From Chloroflexota bacterium (GTDB taxonomy: Bacteria > Chloroflexota > Dormibacteria > CF-121), in the NCBI GenBank assembly GCA_005880395.1, contig VBHQ01000157.1, positions 1 to 51,835 on the forward strand: DNA of 51,835 bases. The letters run 5' to 3'. The position numbers and the translations under genes are program-made. Of this stretch, positions 37,690-45,791 are shown in pieces. Below the pieces are notes generated by a model. The model saw nothing but the letters and a program-made list of their open reading frames with translations, did not search any database and had not been told where the DNA came from. Numbering within the stretch: the stretch's first letter is position 1; every line of letters begins with the position of its first letter.

Positions 37690-38124
37690 GTGGTCGAGCG
37701 GCAAACCGGTCCAGTGTTGAGGCAGCCCCCACCCTACCCTCCCCCAGAGGCGGAGGGAAAATTCGCGCAGCGGGCGAGCGTCCGGCTGGCGACCTGGCTT
37801 TCGGCGATCCCCGGCCTCGGCCAGCTCTATAACCGGCAGCCGCGGAAGGCCGGGATCTTCCTGGGTGCCGTGCTTTTGCTGTTCGTCGTGACCTTGAATA
37901 TTCCAGGGGCGACGGCCGAGCTGCTCGCGATTTGGAAGCCGCGAGGCAGCGCGATGGTGCTGCTCTCGCTCTTTGTCGAGATGCTCTCGTTGCTGGTCTT
38001 CATGACGACGTTCCTACTGGCGCTGACCGTCTGGTACGACGCGATGCATGACGCCCGACGAACCGCGCAGGAGATCAACGGGCAACGCCAACCTGGAGGA
38101 CGCTGGTGGCTCTTTCATCGATAG
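37690..38124 (+). CDS. Membrane protein with an IPGLGQLYN motif (start uncertain)
   Basis: 144-aa ORF with 3 hydrophobic segments. The N-terminal codons are formed by the 35-nt repeat element. Confidence 0.5.
   Translation: MVERQTGPVLRQPPPYPPPEAEGKFAQRASVRLATWLSAIPGLGQLYNRQPRKAGIFLGAVLLLFVVTLNIPGATAELLAIWKPRGSAMVLLSLFVEMLSLLVFMTTFLLALTVWYDAMHDARRTAQEINGQRQPGGRWWLFHR
37726..37760. repeat. 35-nt C/G-rich hairpin element, copy A: CCCCCACCCTACCCTCCCCCAGAGGCGGAGGGAAA
   Basis: 32/35 identical to 41560-41594, and read in a different codon phase there. Confidence 0.7.
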
Positions 38125-38149
38125 GCGCGCAAGCGGTGATTACACTGTC

Positions 38150-39163
38150 GTGAGCGTGAAGCGTCGCCGACTGCTGCTTGGGCTGCTTCCCGGTGTGGGC
38201 GTGGCTGCTGCGCTGATCCCGGTCAGCGTCGGCGCCGTCGACGTCAGTCCGTTGGACTGCGCCGGCCCGAACGCCTGCGACATCGTCTCGATTTACACCG
38301 GCATCTTCTTGATCGCGATGGCCGTGCTGGTCATCGTCGGCGGCCTGATCATCTATGCCGCGCTCCGGTTTCGGCGCCGCGACGACCGCGAGCCCTCCCA
38401 GGTCCATGGCAATGCCCGGCTCGAGATCGTCTGGACCGCGATCCCGGTGTTGATCCTGTCCCTCTTCTTCATCCGCACGACGCTGCGGATGGATTACGTC
38501 CGCAATGGGCCGCCGCCGAATATCACCATCCAGGTCACCGGGGTGCAATGGGCGTGGCTCTTCAAATATCCCAACGGGAAGTCATCCAGCACACTGACCA
38601 TTCCCGTTAACCAGGTGATTCAGCTGAAGGTCACCAGTAAGGACGTGCTGCATTCCTTCTGGGTGCCGCGCCTGGGCGGCCAGATCTATGCCATCCCGGG
38701 CCAGCAGAACCACGGCTGGATCGAGGCCAGCCAGGCGGGTCAATACTTTGGCGAGTGCAACGAGCTTTGCGGCATCGGGCACGCGACCATGTCGCTCCAA
38801 GTCGACGCGGTCTCCAATGCCAATTATCAAGCCTTCCTGGCCGGCAAGCCGATCGGCGGCGGGCCGGTGCTGGCGCAGAAGGTGAGCGGCGCGACGCCGG
38901 CGAGCAAGGTCTCAGAAAACGACCAGCTGAAATTCGCGCCGACGAGCCTGAGTGTCAAGGTCGGCGACGTCATCCAGTGGAGCAACGACGGCAGCTCGGT
39001 CCACAACGTGACCTTTGACAACAAAGCCGTTCCCAGCTCGGACACGATGAACGCGAACGACAAATACGAGCTCAAGTTTTCGAAGGCCGGCACCTACCGA
39101 TATGTCTGCACCTTTCACGTCTCGGTCGGCATGACGGGCACCATCACGGTTACAGGAGGATAG
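38150..39163 (+). CDS. ctaC: Cytochrome c oxidase subunit II fused to a C-terminal type-1 copper (plastocyanin-like) domain (start GTG 38150 or 38156)
   Basis: 2 TM helices; CuA site HSFWVP...CNELCGIGHATM. Second domain: SVHNVTF ... YVCTFHVSVGM (His, Cys-x2-His-x4-Met). Confidence 0.85.
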   Translation: MSVKRRRLLLGLLPGVGVAAALIPVSVGAVDVSPLDCAGPNACDIVSIYTGIFLIAMAVLVIVGGLIIYAALRFRRRDDREPSQVHGNARLEIVWTAIPVLILSLFFIRTTLRMDYVRNGPPPNITIQVTGVQWAWLFKYPNGKSSSTLTIPVNQVIQLKVTSKDVLHSFWVPRLGGQIYAIPGQQNHGWIEASQAGQYFGECNELCGIGHATMSLQVDAVSNANYQAFLAGKPIGGGPVLAQKVSGATPASKVSENDQLKFAPTSLSVKVGDVIQWSNDGSSVHNVTFDNKAVPSSDTMNANDKYELKFSKAGTYRYVCTFHVSVGMTGTITVTGG

Positions 39164-39175
39164 GAAGACAGCAGC

Positions 39176-42100
39176 ATGGCGAGCATTGCCCTCCCGCGCC
39201 ACGAGGCGCGGACTTACAGCGGCGTGATGGCGTGGCTGACGACGGTCGACCACAAGAAGATCGGGATCATGTATCTCTACACGACCTTCTTTTTCTTCCT
39301 GGTCGGCGGCACCCTCGCGCTGCTGATGCGCACCCAGCTGGCGGTGGGCGACAACACGTTTCTCAGCGCCAATACCTACAACCAGCTGATGACGCTGCAC
39401 GGGACGACCATGATCTTCCTCTGGATCATTCCCGTCTTCTCCGGCTTCGGCAATTATTTCGTGCCGCTGATGATCGGCGCGCGCGACATGGCCTTCCCCC
39501 GGATCAACGCCTTCGCGTTCTGGCTGATTCCGCTCGGCGGGCTGGTGATGTACAGCGGCTTGCTGACCCAAACCGGCGCGGCGGCCGCCGGCTGGACCGG
39601 CTACGTGCCGTTGACCGAGCGGCAGTTCGCCGCCGGGATGGGCCAGGACCTCTGGATCCTCGGGCTCCACATCCTCGGGATCTCGTCGATCATGGGCGCG
39701 GTCAACTTCCTCGTCACGATCCACAACATGCGCGCGCCCGGCATGACCTGGTTCCGGCTGCCGCTCTTCGTCTGGTCGATGGAGATCACCGCCGGCCTGA
39801 CGTTACTGGCGAGCCCTTTCCTGGCGGGCGTGCTGGCGATGGTGCTGATGGATCGCCAGCTCGGGACCCACTTCTTCATCCACGGATCTGACCCGCTGCT
39901 CTACCAGTTCATCTTCTGGTTCTACTCGCACCCGGCCGTCTACATCATGATCCTGCCGGCCTTCGGCATCGTCTCCGAGGTCATCCCGGTCTTCTCCCGA
40001 AAACCGATCTTCGGCTACCGTGCGATGGCCTTTTCGATGGCGGCGATCGGCGTCCTTGGGTTCATGGTGTTCGCCCACCACATGTTCACGACCGGCCTGC
40101 CGCTCGGCCTCCAGGAATTCTTCATGGCGACGACGGCGGCCATCGGCGTACCGTCCGGCGTCAAGGTGCTCAACTGGCTGGCGACCCTCTGGGGCGGCTC
40201 GATCAGGTACACGACGGCGATGCTCTTCTCCGTTGCCTTCGTGCTGATGTTCCTGATGGGCGGCGTCGACGGGGTCTTCATGGCGTCGCTCGCGGTCGAC
40301 TATCAGATCCACGCGACCTATTGGGTCGTCTCGCATATCCATTACGTCCTCTTCGGCGGGAGCGTCTTCGGCGTCTTCTCGGCGTTCTTCTACTGGTTCC
40401 CGAAGATGACCGGTCGCTACCTGAACGAACGCCTGGGCAAGATCCAGTTCTGGCTGCAGCTGCTCGCCTTCAACGTCACCTTCATGCCGATGCACTTCCT
40501 CGGGCTCGAGGGCATGCCGCGCCGAATCGCGATGTGGTATTCGAACCGGACCGATTGGGCGCCCTGGAACCTGCTGGCGACCTTCGGGGCGTTCATGATC
40601 GCGCTCGCCATCCTGACCTTCATCGTGAACTTCGCGCTCAGCGTCCGCGGCGGCCGGCAGGCGCCCCGGGACCCCTGGGAAGGCAACACGCTGGAATGGG
40701 CGACGTGGACCCTGGCGGTCGCGACCGCCGTGGTGACGTATGCCCTGGTCGTGCTCGGCGGCGTGGTGCGCGTCTCCGGGTCGGGGCTCGGTTGTCCTGA
40801 CTGGCCGCTCTGCCACGGCCATCTGCTGCCGCCGCTCAACGTGCATGCGATCATCGAGTACTCGCACCGGACCACCGCGTCGCTGACGAGCCTGCTGGTG
40901 GTCCTGACGGCGGTGCTCGCCTGGCTTGGTTGGCGCCATCGACGCGACGTCCTCGTCCCGGCCACGGCGGCGTTTGGCCTGCTGATCCTGCAGGTGGCGC
41001 TGGGCGCGATCACCGTTCGCTTCGAGTTGCCGCCCATGATCGTCCTGGCGCATCTCGCGACCGCCATGGCGCTGCTCGGCACCGTTTGCGCTACCGCCGT
41101 CGCGGGCTGGATGCCGGTGCGAAGCGGCGAGATCGACGCACGCTCAGCGCGACGGGCGCGCTGGGCGGCGACCGGGACCTTTGTTTTGATCTTGAGCGGC
41201 TCGCTGGTCGTCGGCAGCGGCGCGAGCGCCGCCTGCAACGCGTGGCCGCTCTGCGGCGGGGGCTTCAGTTTTTCGTTCGATCAGCTGGCCTCGGTTCAGC
41301 TGCTGCATCGAGCGCTCGCCGGACTGATCGGTCTGCTCGTGATTGGCAGCGTGCTCTCGGTGCTGCGCCGGCTGCGCCATCAGCCGGCCGTGCGCACCAC
41401 GGTCGCGCTCACGCTGGCGGCGCTCGCCTTTCAAGTCGCGGTCGGCGCCGCCGTCGTGACGTTGCATCTTCCGGCGCCGCTTCGCGCCCTGCACCTGGCG
41501 CTGGCGGCCGCGGTCTGGGCCGGGACCGTGGTCCTGGCGGTGATTGTCCAGCGGCTGAGCCCCCACCCTGCCCTCCCCCAGAGGGGGAGAGAAACCGACG
41601 TCGTGCGGCGTCCGGCCCGGGACGTCGTGCTCGATTACGTCAGCCTGGCCAAGCCGAGAATCATCCCGCTGCTGCTCATCACCGCCCTGGGCGGCATGAT
41701 GATGGCGCAGCGTGGTTGGCCGCAGACGGGCCTCGTCGTGCTGACGTTGCTGGGCGGCGCGCTGGCGGCGGCGGGAGCCGGCGCCATCAACTGCTGGATC
41801 GATCGGGACCTGGACCGCGCGATGTTGCGAACCCGACGCCGGCCGCTGCCGGACGGGCGGATCGCGCCGCGACCCGCGCTGCTTTATGGAATCGGCCTGG
41901 GCGTCGCGGCGTTTCTGGTGCTCGCTTTTTGGGTCAACCCGCTGGCGGCGACGCTCGCGATCAGCGGGCTCTTGTTTTACGTCCTGATCTACAGCCTCTG
42001 GCTCAAGCGCTCGACGGTGCAAAACATCGTCATCGGCGGTGCGGCGGGCGCCGTCCCCCCAATGGTGGGCTGGGCCGCCGTCACCCACCGGCTTGACCTC

Positions 42101-42484
42101 ACCGCGATCTATTTGTTCGCCGTGATCTTCCTCTGGACCCCGCCACATTTCTGGGCGCTCGCGCTCAGGCTACGCGGCGATTACGCCCGCGCCCAGGTGC
42201 CGATGCTCCCGGTCGTGCATGGCGAGGCGGCGGCACGGCGCCAGATCGTCGTCTACACGCTCGTCCTGGTCGGGCTGACGCTGGGCGTGGTGGCGACCGG
42301 AATCCTCGGCATCGTCTATCTCGCCGGCGCCGTCCTGCTCGGCGGCATGTTCATCGGGCTGGCGCTCGCAACCTGGCGCTCGCGCCGCCAGCGGTGGTCG
42401 CGCTGGCTCTTTGATTACTCGATCGCCTATCTCGGATTACTGTTCGCGGTCATGGTTGTGGATCGCATGGTCGGGAGGCTATAG
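39176..42484 (+). CDS. ctaD: Single ORF encoding cytochrome c oxidase subunit I + heme A synthase (CtaA/COX15) + protoheme IX farnesyltransferase (CtaB)
   Basis: CtaD runs up to DPWEGNTLEWATW (~40708). CtaA follows from TLAVATAVVTYALVVLGGVVRVSGSGLGCPDWPLCHG, and CtaB from DYVSLAKPRIIPLLL...WTPPHFWALAL. No stop codon in 1102 codons. Confidence 0.8.
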   Translation: MASIALPRHEARTYSGVMAWLTTVDHKKIGIMYLYTTFFFFLVGGTLALLMRTQLAVGDNTFLSANTYNQLMTLHGTTMIFLWIIPVFSGFGNYFVPLMIGARDMAFPRINAFAFWLIPLGGLVMYSGLLTQTGAAAAGWTGYVPLTERQFAAGMGQDLWILGLHILGISSIMGAVNFLVTIHNMRAPGMTWFRLPLFVWSMEITAGLTLLASPFLAGVLAMVLMDRQLGTHFFIHGSDPLLYQFIFWFYSHPAVYIMILPAFGIVSEVIPVFSRKPIFGYRAMAFSMAAIGVLGFMVFAHHMFTTGLPLGLQEFFMATTAAIGVPSGVKVLNWLATLWGGSIRYTTAMLFSVAFVLMFLMGGVDGVFMASLAVDYQIHATYWVVSHIHYVLFGGSVFGVFSAFFYWFPKMTGRYLNERLGKIQFWLQLLAFNVTFMPMHFLGLEGMPRRIAMWYSNRTDWAPWNLLATFGAFMIALAILTFIVNFALSVRGGRQAPRDPWEGNTLEWATWTLAVATAVVTYALVVLGGVVRVSGSGLGCPDWPLCHGHLLPPLNVHAIIEYSHRTTASLTSLLVVLTAVLAWLGWRHRRDVLVPATAAFGLLILQVALGAITVRFELPPMIVLAHLATAMALLGTVCATAVAGWMPVRSGEIDARSARRARWAATGTFVLILSGSLVVGSGASAACNAWPLCGGGFSFSFDQLASVQLLHRALAGLIGLLVIGSVLSVLRRLRHQPAVRTTVALTLAALAFQVAVGAAVVTLHLPAPLRALHLALAAAVWAGTVVLAVIVQRLSPHPALPQRGRETDVVRRPARDVVLDYVSLAKPRIIPLLLITALGGMMMAQRGWPQTGLVVLTLLGGALAAAGAGAINCWIDRDLDRAMLRTRRRPLPDGRIAPRPALLYGIGLGVAAFLVLAFWVNPLAATLAISGLLFYVLIYSLWLKRSTVQNIVIGGAAGAVPPMVGWAAVTHRLDLTAIYLFAVIFLWTPPHFWALALRLRGDYARAQVPMLPVVHGEAAARRQIVVYTLVLVGLTLGVVATGILGIVYLAGAVLLGGMFIGLALATWRSRRQRWSRWLFDYSIAYLGLLFAVMVVDRMVGRL
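41560..41594. repeat. 35-nt C/G-rich hairpin element, copy B: CCCCCACCCTGCCCTCCCCCAGAGGGGGAGAGAAA
   Basis: Sits exactly at the CtaA/CtaB domain boundary. CTCCCCC-AGA-GGGGGAG can form a hairpin. Confidence 0.7.
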
Positions 42485-42497
42485 TTGCCGGTGGCCG

Positions 42498-42614
42498 ATG
42501 CATAGGGACGAAGCGCGCAAGAACGTTCGACTCGGCATTCTGCTTACCGTGACGGCGGTCATCATGTTCGGGCTGGCGTTTGCCTGGGCCCTGATCTACA
42601 ACAATTTCGGCTGA
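42498..42614 (+). CDS. 38-aa single-TM protein MHRDEARKNVRLGILLTVTAVIMFGLAFAWALIYNNFG
   Basis: Internal ATG of track ORF 42411-42614, beginning after the ctaB stop. Its TGA overlaps the next ATG (TGATG). Confidence 0.45.
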   Translation: MHRDEARKNVRLGILLTVTAVIMFGLAFAWALIYNNFG

Positions 42615-42838
42615 TGGCAAGCACGCCCCAGCCCGAGTCACACGAGGATGCGCACGGCGCGTTTCATCTTCCGCCGCCGAGCATCTGGCCGGTCGTGCTG
42701 GCGATCGGCATCGCGCTCGTTCTCACCGGGCTCATCCTTAATCTGATCATCGTCGCCGTCGGAGCGCTGCTCGTCGTGGTCTCGACCGCGCTCTGGGTCC
42801 GCGACGCCCGCCGCGAATTCCGCGAGCTCCCGGAGTAG
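42614..42838 (+). CDS. Two-helix oxidase subunit resembling the first two helices of subunit III / actinobacterial CtaF
   Basis: HLPPPSIWPVVLAIGIALVLTG ... ALWVRDARREF matches the PPSxWP...WW-R-D pattern at the N-terminus of Cox3. Confidence 0.6.
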   Translation: MASTPQPESHEDAHGAFHLPPPSIWPVVLAIGIALVLTGLILNLIIVAVGALLVVVSTALWVRDARREFRELPE

Positions 42839-42900
42839 GGTAGGCACCTGATTCTGGGCTGACGGCCACGATTTGATTGCGATGACTCGAGACCGCCTTC

Positions 42901-42906
42901 TAGACT
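42901..42906 (+). promoter_or_regulatory. -10-like TAGACT upstream of the cupredoxin lipoprotein gene (leadered, SD GAAGGAGG at 42931-42938)
   Basis: AT-richer intergenic region. No clean -35 at 17 nt. Confidence 0.3.
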
Positions 42907-42944
42907 CGTGGGCGGGAAAACCATCGTTTTGAAGGAGGCATCGC

Positions 42945-43346
42945 GTGAAGTTCTGGACGATCACCCTCGCGGGCACCGCCATGGCCCTCGTGCTGGCGGC
43001 TTGCGGTGGAGGCACGGCCAACACCGGCAATAGTAGCGGCGGAAGCTGCACCCAAAAAGGCGCTGCCACCGGGGCGACGGCAGCCCAGACCGTGAAACTG
43101 AACTCCGACCCCAACACGATCGGGCGCTTCGATCCGCAGACGACCACCGTGAAAGTCGGGGACACGGTGGAATGGGACTGGGTCGACACCTCAGCCCCGC
43201 ATACCGTGACCGCGCTGGATGGCAGCTTCGAGTCCTGCACGCAGAACGCCGGCTTCAAGTTCATGGTGACCTTCAGCAAGGCGGGCGACGTCCAGTATCA
43301 CTGCACGATTCACTCCGGCATGACCGGAGACGTGAAAGTCAGCTAG
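42945..43346 (+). CDS. Lipoprotein cupredoxin (plastocyanin/pseudoazurin-like type-1 copper protein)
   Basis: GTG start 6 nt after GAAGGAGG. Lipobox LAACGG. SAPHTVTA ... YHCTIHSGM copper ligands. Confidence 0.85.
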   Translation: MKFWTITLAGTAMALVLAACGGGTANTGNSSGGSCTQKGAATGATAAQTVKLNSDPNTIGRFDPQTTTVKVGDTVEWDWVDTSAPHTVTALDGSFESCTQNAGFKFMVTFSKAGDVQYHCTIHSGMTGDVKVS

Positions 43347-43372
43347 CCGGAAGGTCCGGAAGTCAGCATCCG

Positions 43373-43798
43373 GTGCTCGCGCGCCTTTTGGCCTGGGGCG
43401 CGAGCCTGCTGCTGGTCGGGTGCGGCGCTGCGACTGGCACCGCGGCGCCGTCGATGGCGGCCGATGATGCGGCCATCGCTGCCGATTTTCAGAATCAGCG
43501 GTCGCAGGTCGAAGTCACCGCCGACGGCATCGTCGTCGGAACCTTCCCTGACCGAAGCAGCAGCACCGGCCGGCACGAGCAGTTCATCATCCGGCTGACC
43601 TCGCAGAACCTGACGGTCGAGGTGGAACACAACATCTCGATTGGCAAGCGGGTGCCGGTCAAAGAGGGCGATCGCGTCGTGGTCCACGGCGAGTACATCT
43701 GGAATGGGCAGGGTGGCCTGATCCATTTCACCCATCACGATCCCCAGGGCACGCACCAAAACGGCTACATCATCGACAACGGCACGACGTACGACTGC
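43373..43798 (+). CDS. DUF3465 family lipoprotein. The native stop is missing, and the ORF runs on antisense through birA to 44188.
   Basis: GTG 43373 gives MLARLLAWGASLLLVGCG (lipobox). HEQFIIRL...GDRVVVHGEYIWNGQGGLIHFTHHDPQGTHQNGYIIDNGTTYD ends where the family normally stops. Confidence 0.7.
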
Positions 43799-43804
43799 GT
43801 CAAC

Positions 43805-44452
43805 CCCGTCGCGGGTAAAGCGAATTGGCCGGCCGAGCATCGAGCTGCGGCTGCGCCAGGCGGGCACAATCCACTGCACGCCCTCGCGATCGGCGCGCTC
43901 ATAGGCATTGCCGAGGTCGTTGAGGATTCCCGCCAGCAGCACCTCTCGGTCGACCGTCCGGCCAAGCTCGACGGCGAGCGAGGTGGCGCCCGCCGGCAGG
44001 TCGGTCGCAGCCTGGTTGACGTTGACGCCCATGCCCGCCACCACCGCCGAGTCGGGCGGCCGTTCGAGCAAGATTCCGGCCAGCTTCTTGTCGCCGAGCA
44101 GGACATCATTGGGCCACTTGAGGTCGGGCGCGGCCCCGGTAACGACCTCGATGCCGCCGGCGACGGCCAGGCCAATCAGCAGCGGTAGCTTGGGCACGAC
44201 GTCGATTGGCGGACGGAGCACGACCGAAACCAGGAGTGCCTCGCCGGTTGGAGCCAGCCAGGACCGGCCCTGACGGCCACGGCCCTCGCGCTGGAGATCG
44301 GTGATCAGCGTCCAGCCCTCGGCGGCTCCCTCGACGGCGGCCGTCCGGGCCAGGTCCTGGGTGCTGTCGCAGGCTGCCTCGTAGTGCAGCGACCAGGTGA
44401 TTTCGCCGGTCACCAGATGCGTGGCGAGACGGTCGAGCTCGAAGCGGCTCAT
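43805..44452 (-). pseudogene. birA: Biotin-[acetyl-CoA-carboxylase] ligase lacking its C-terminal domain. The ORF continues antisense through DUF3465 to 43343.
   Basis: QREGRGRQGRSW, KWPNDVLLGDKKLAGILLE ... LGRPIRFTRDG, followed by non-family sequence. Confidence 0.75.
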
Positions 44453-45354
44453 TGCAGGACCGCCTCAGCCATCACCGGCTCCCGAGCGCTGAGTTGGACG
44501 GTGACGATGCCGCTGATGACAATCGCCGCGCCGACCAGCTGGAGCGGCTCGAGCCGATCCCCAAGGACAGCGAACGCGATCAGGCCGGCGAAGATCGGCT
44601 CGGCGGTCGCAACGATGCCGGCCGCCGACGGGCGAATCGTCCGCACCGCGATCACGAACAGCGCATGGCCCACCAGGGTGCCGACCAGGCCAACCAGCGC
44701 CATCACCGCCCAGATGCGCCAATCGGTTGGCAGCGCCGTTCGCGTCGCCAGGTCATAACCGGCCCAGAGCACCCCGCCGGTGCCGAAACCATAGATCAGG
44801 ATGGTCCAGGTATTCAGCCGGCGGGCGAGCGTTGAGGCGCGCAGCATGTAGAAGGCGAAAAATCCGGCCGAAACCAGCCCCAGGCCGACGCCCGGCAGAT
44901 TGACCCGAAGCAATGACGGCCGGTAGGCGCCGACCGCGAAGAACGCGCCGACGAGGACCAGCATCAGGGCTCCCCAGATCTCCCGGCCAACCGGCTGGCT
45001 GCGATGGAAACGTTCCCAGGCCACGATCCCGACGAGCCCGAGGTACTGGACGAGCAGGGCAATGGCGATGTTGATCCGCGCGATCGTGAGGTAGTAGCTG
45101 AATTGCACGCCCGCGAGCCCGATGCCACCAAACACCGCCAGCGTTGGCAGCTCGCTGGAACGCACCCGCAGCAGGCTGGGGCTGAACAGCAACAACGCCA
45201 CCAGGAGCCAGCCGAAGGCCCACCAGACTCGAAGCTGAGACAGCGTCGCCGGTGAGTATCCGAGCTTGAAGAGGGCCTTGACGACGTTGCCGCCGGCGGC
45301 GAAACAGAAGGCCGAGATCAAGACCAGCAGGTACCCAGGGCGCCACCGGCTCAA
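44449..45354 (-). CDS. EamA/DMT family transporter
   Basis: 301 aa, ten hydrophobic segments, two EamA-like halves. 4-nt overlap with the birA start. Confidence 0.8.
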   Translation of the reverse strand: MSRWRPGYLLVLISAFCFAAGGNVVKALFKLGYSPATLSQLRVWWAFGWLLVALLLFSPSLLRVRSSELPTLAVFGGIGLAGVQFSYYLTIARINIAIALLVQYLGLVGIVAWERFHRSQPVGREIWGALMLVLVGAFFAVGAYRPSLLRVNLPGVGLGLVSAGFFAFYMLRASTLARRLNTWTILIYGFGTGGVLWAGYDLATRTALPTDWRIWAVMALVGLVGTLVGHALFVIAVRTIRPSAAGIVATAEPIFAGLIAFAVLGDRLEPLQLVGAAIVISGIVTVQLSAREPVMAEAVLQ

Positions 45355-45378
45355 TCGGGCTCGCGCCCGGTGCAGTTC

Positions 45379-45407
45379 TTGACCAATTCCAGCTTTGAAA
45401 GTAATGT
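45379..45407 (+). promoter_or_regulatory. Sigma-70-like promoter (TTGACC - 17 nt - TAATGT)
   Basis: The -10 ends 15 nt before ATG 45423. Lies in a divergent intergenic region. Confidence 0.5.
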
Positions 45408-45422
45408 AATCGCTCGGGAAGC

Positions 45423-45773
45423 ATGGCTCGAACCGTCGGTACTGGGCGCATGATCGAGCAGACCTCGGTCCAGATCTCGGCGCTCCGCGAGCGCTGGCAT
45501 GCGGAGCGAGAGCTTCGTGATGCCCGCCGGAACCGCATCCGCAACATGGACCGGCTCCTGGATGAGCTCGAGATGCTCAATATTGCCGAAGAAACCCAAC
45601 TCCCGACGGAACTCGCGCTTCGGGTGCAGCGCCTGGCCGTGGAGATGGACCATCCGCTGGCCAACCGGGCCTTCGAGGACGTGACGATCGCGGAGTCGAT
45701 GGACGCCCTCTACGACCTCCAGGACGGACTGATGCCCACGCTCGACGGCGTCGAGGACGAGGAAGAGCCCTAA
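45423..45773 (+). CDS. Hypothetical acidic coiled-coil protein
   Basis: 116-aa ORF with good GC3. No family recognised. Confidence 0.5.
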   Translation: MARTVGTGRMIEQTSVQISALRERWHAERELRDARRNRIRNMDRLLDELEMLNIAEETQLPTELALRVQRLAVEMDHPLANRAFEDVTIAESMDALYDLQDGLMPTLDGVEDEEEP

Positions 45774-45791
45774 TCCGATAGCCCCTGGCGG

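Noticed and set aside
39803-42148. Long ORFs (416, 273 and 334 aa on the minus strand; 388 aa on the plus strand) inside the ctaD-ctaA-ctaB region
   Set aside because: They are shadow ORFs typical of high-GC DNA with extreme Arg/His/Pro/Asp content. The plus-strand 39176 frame has the oxidase, CtaA and CtaB motifs.
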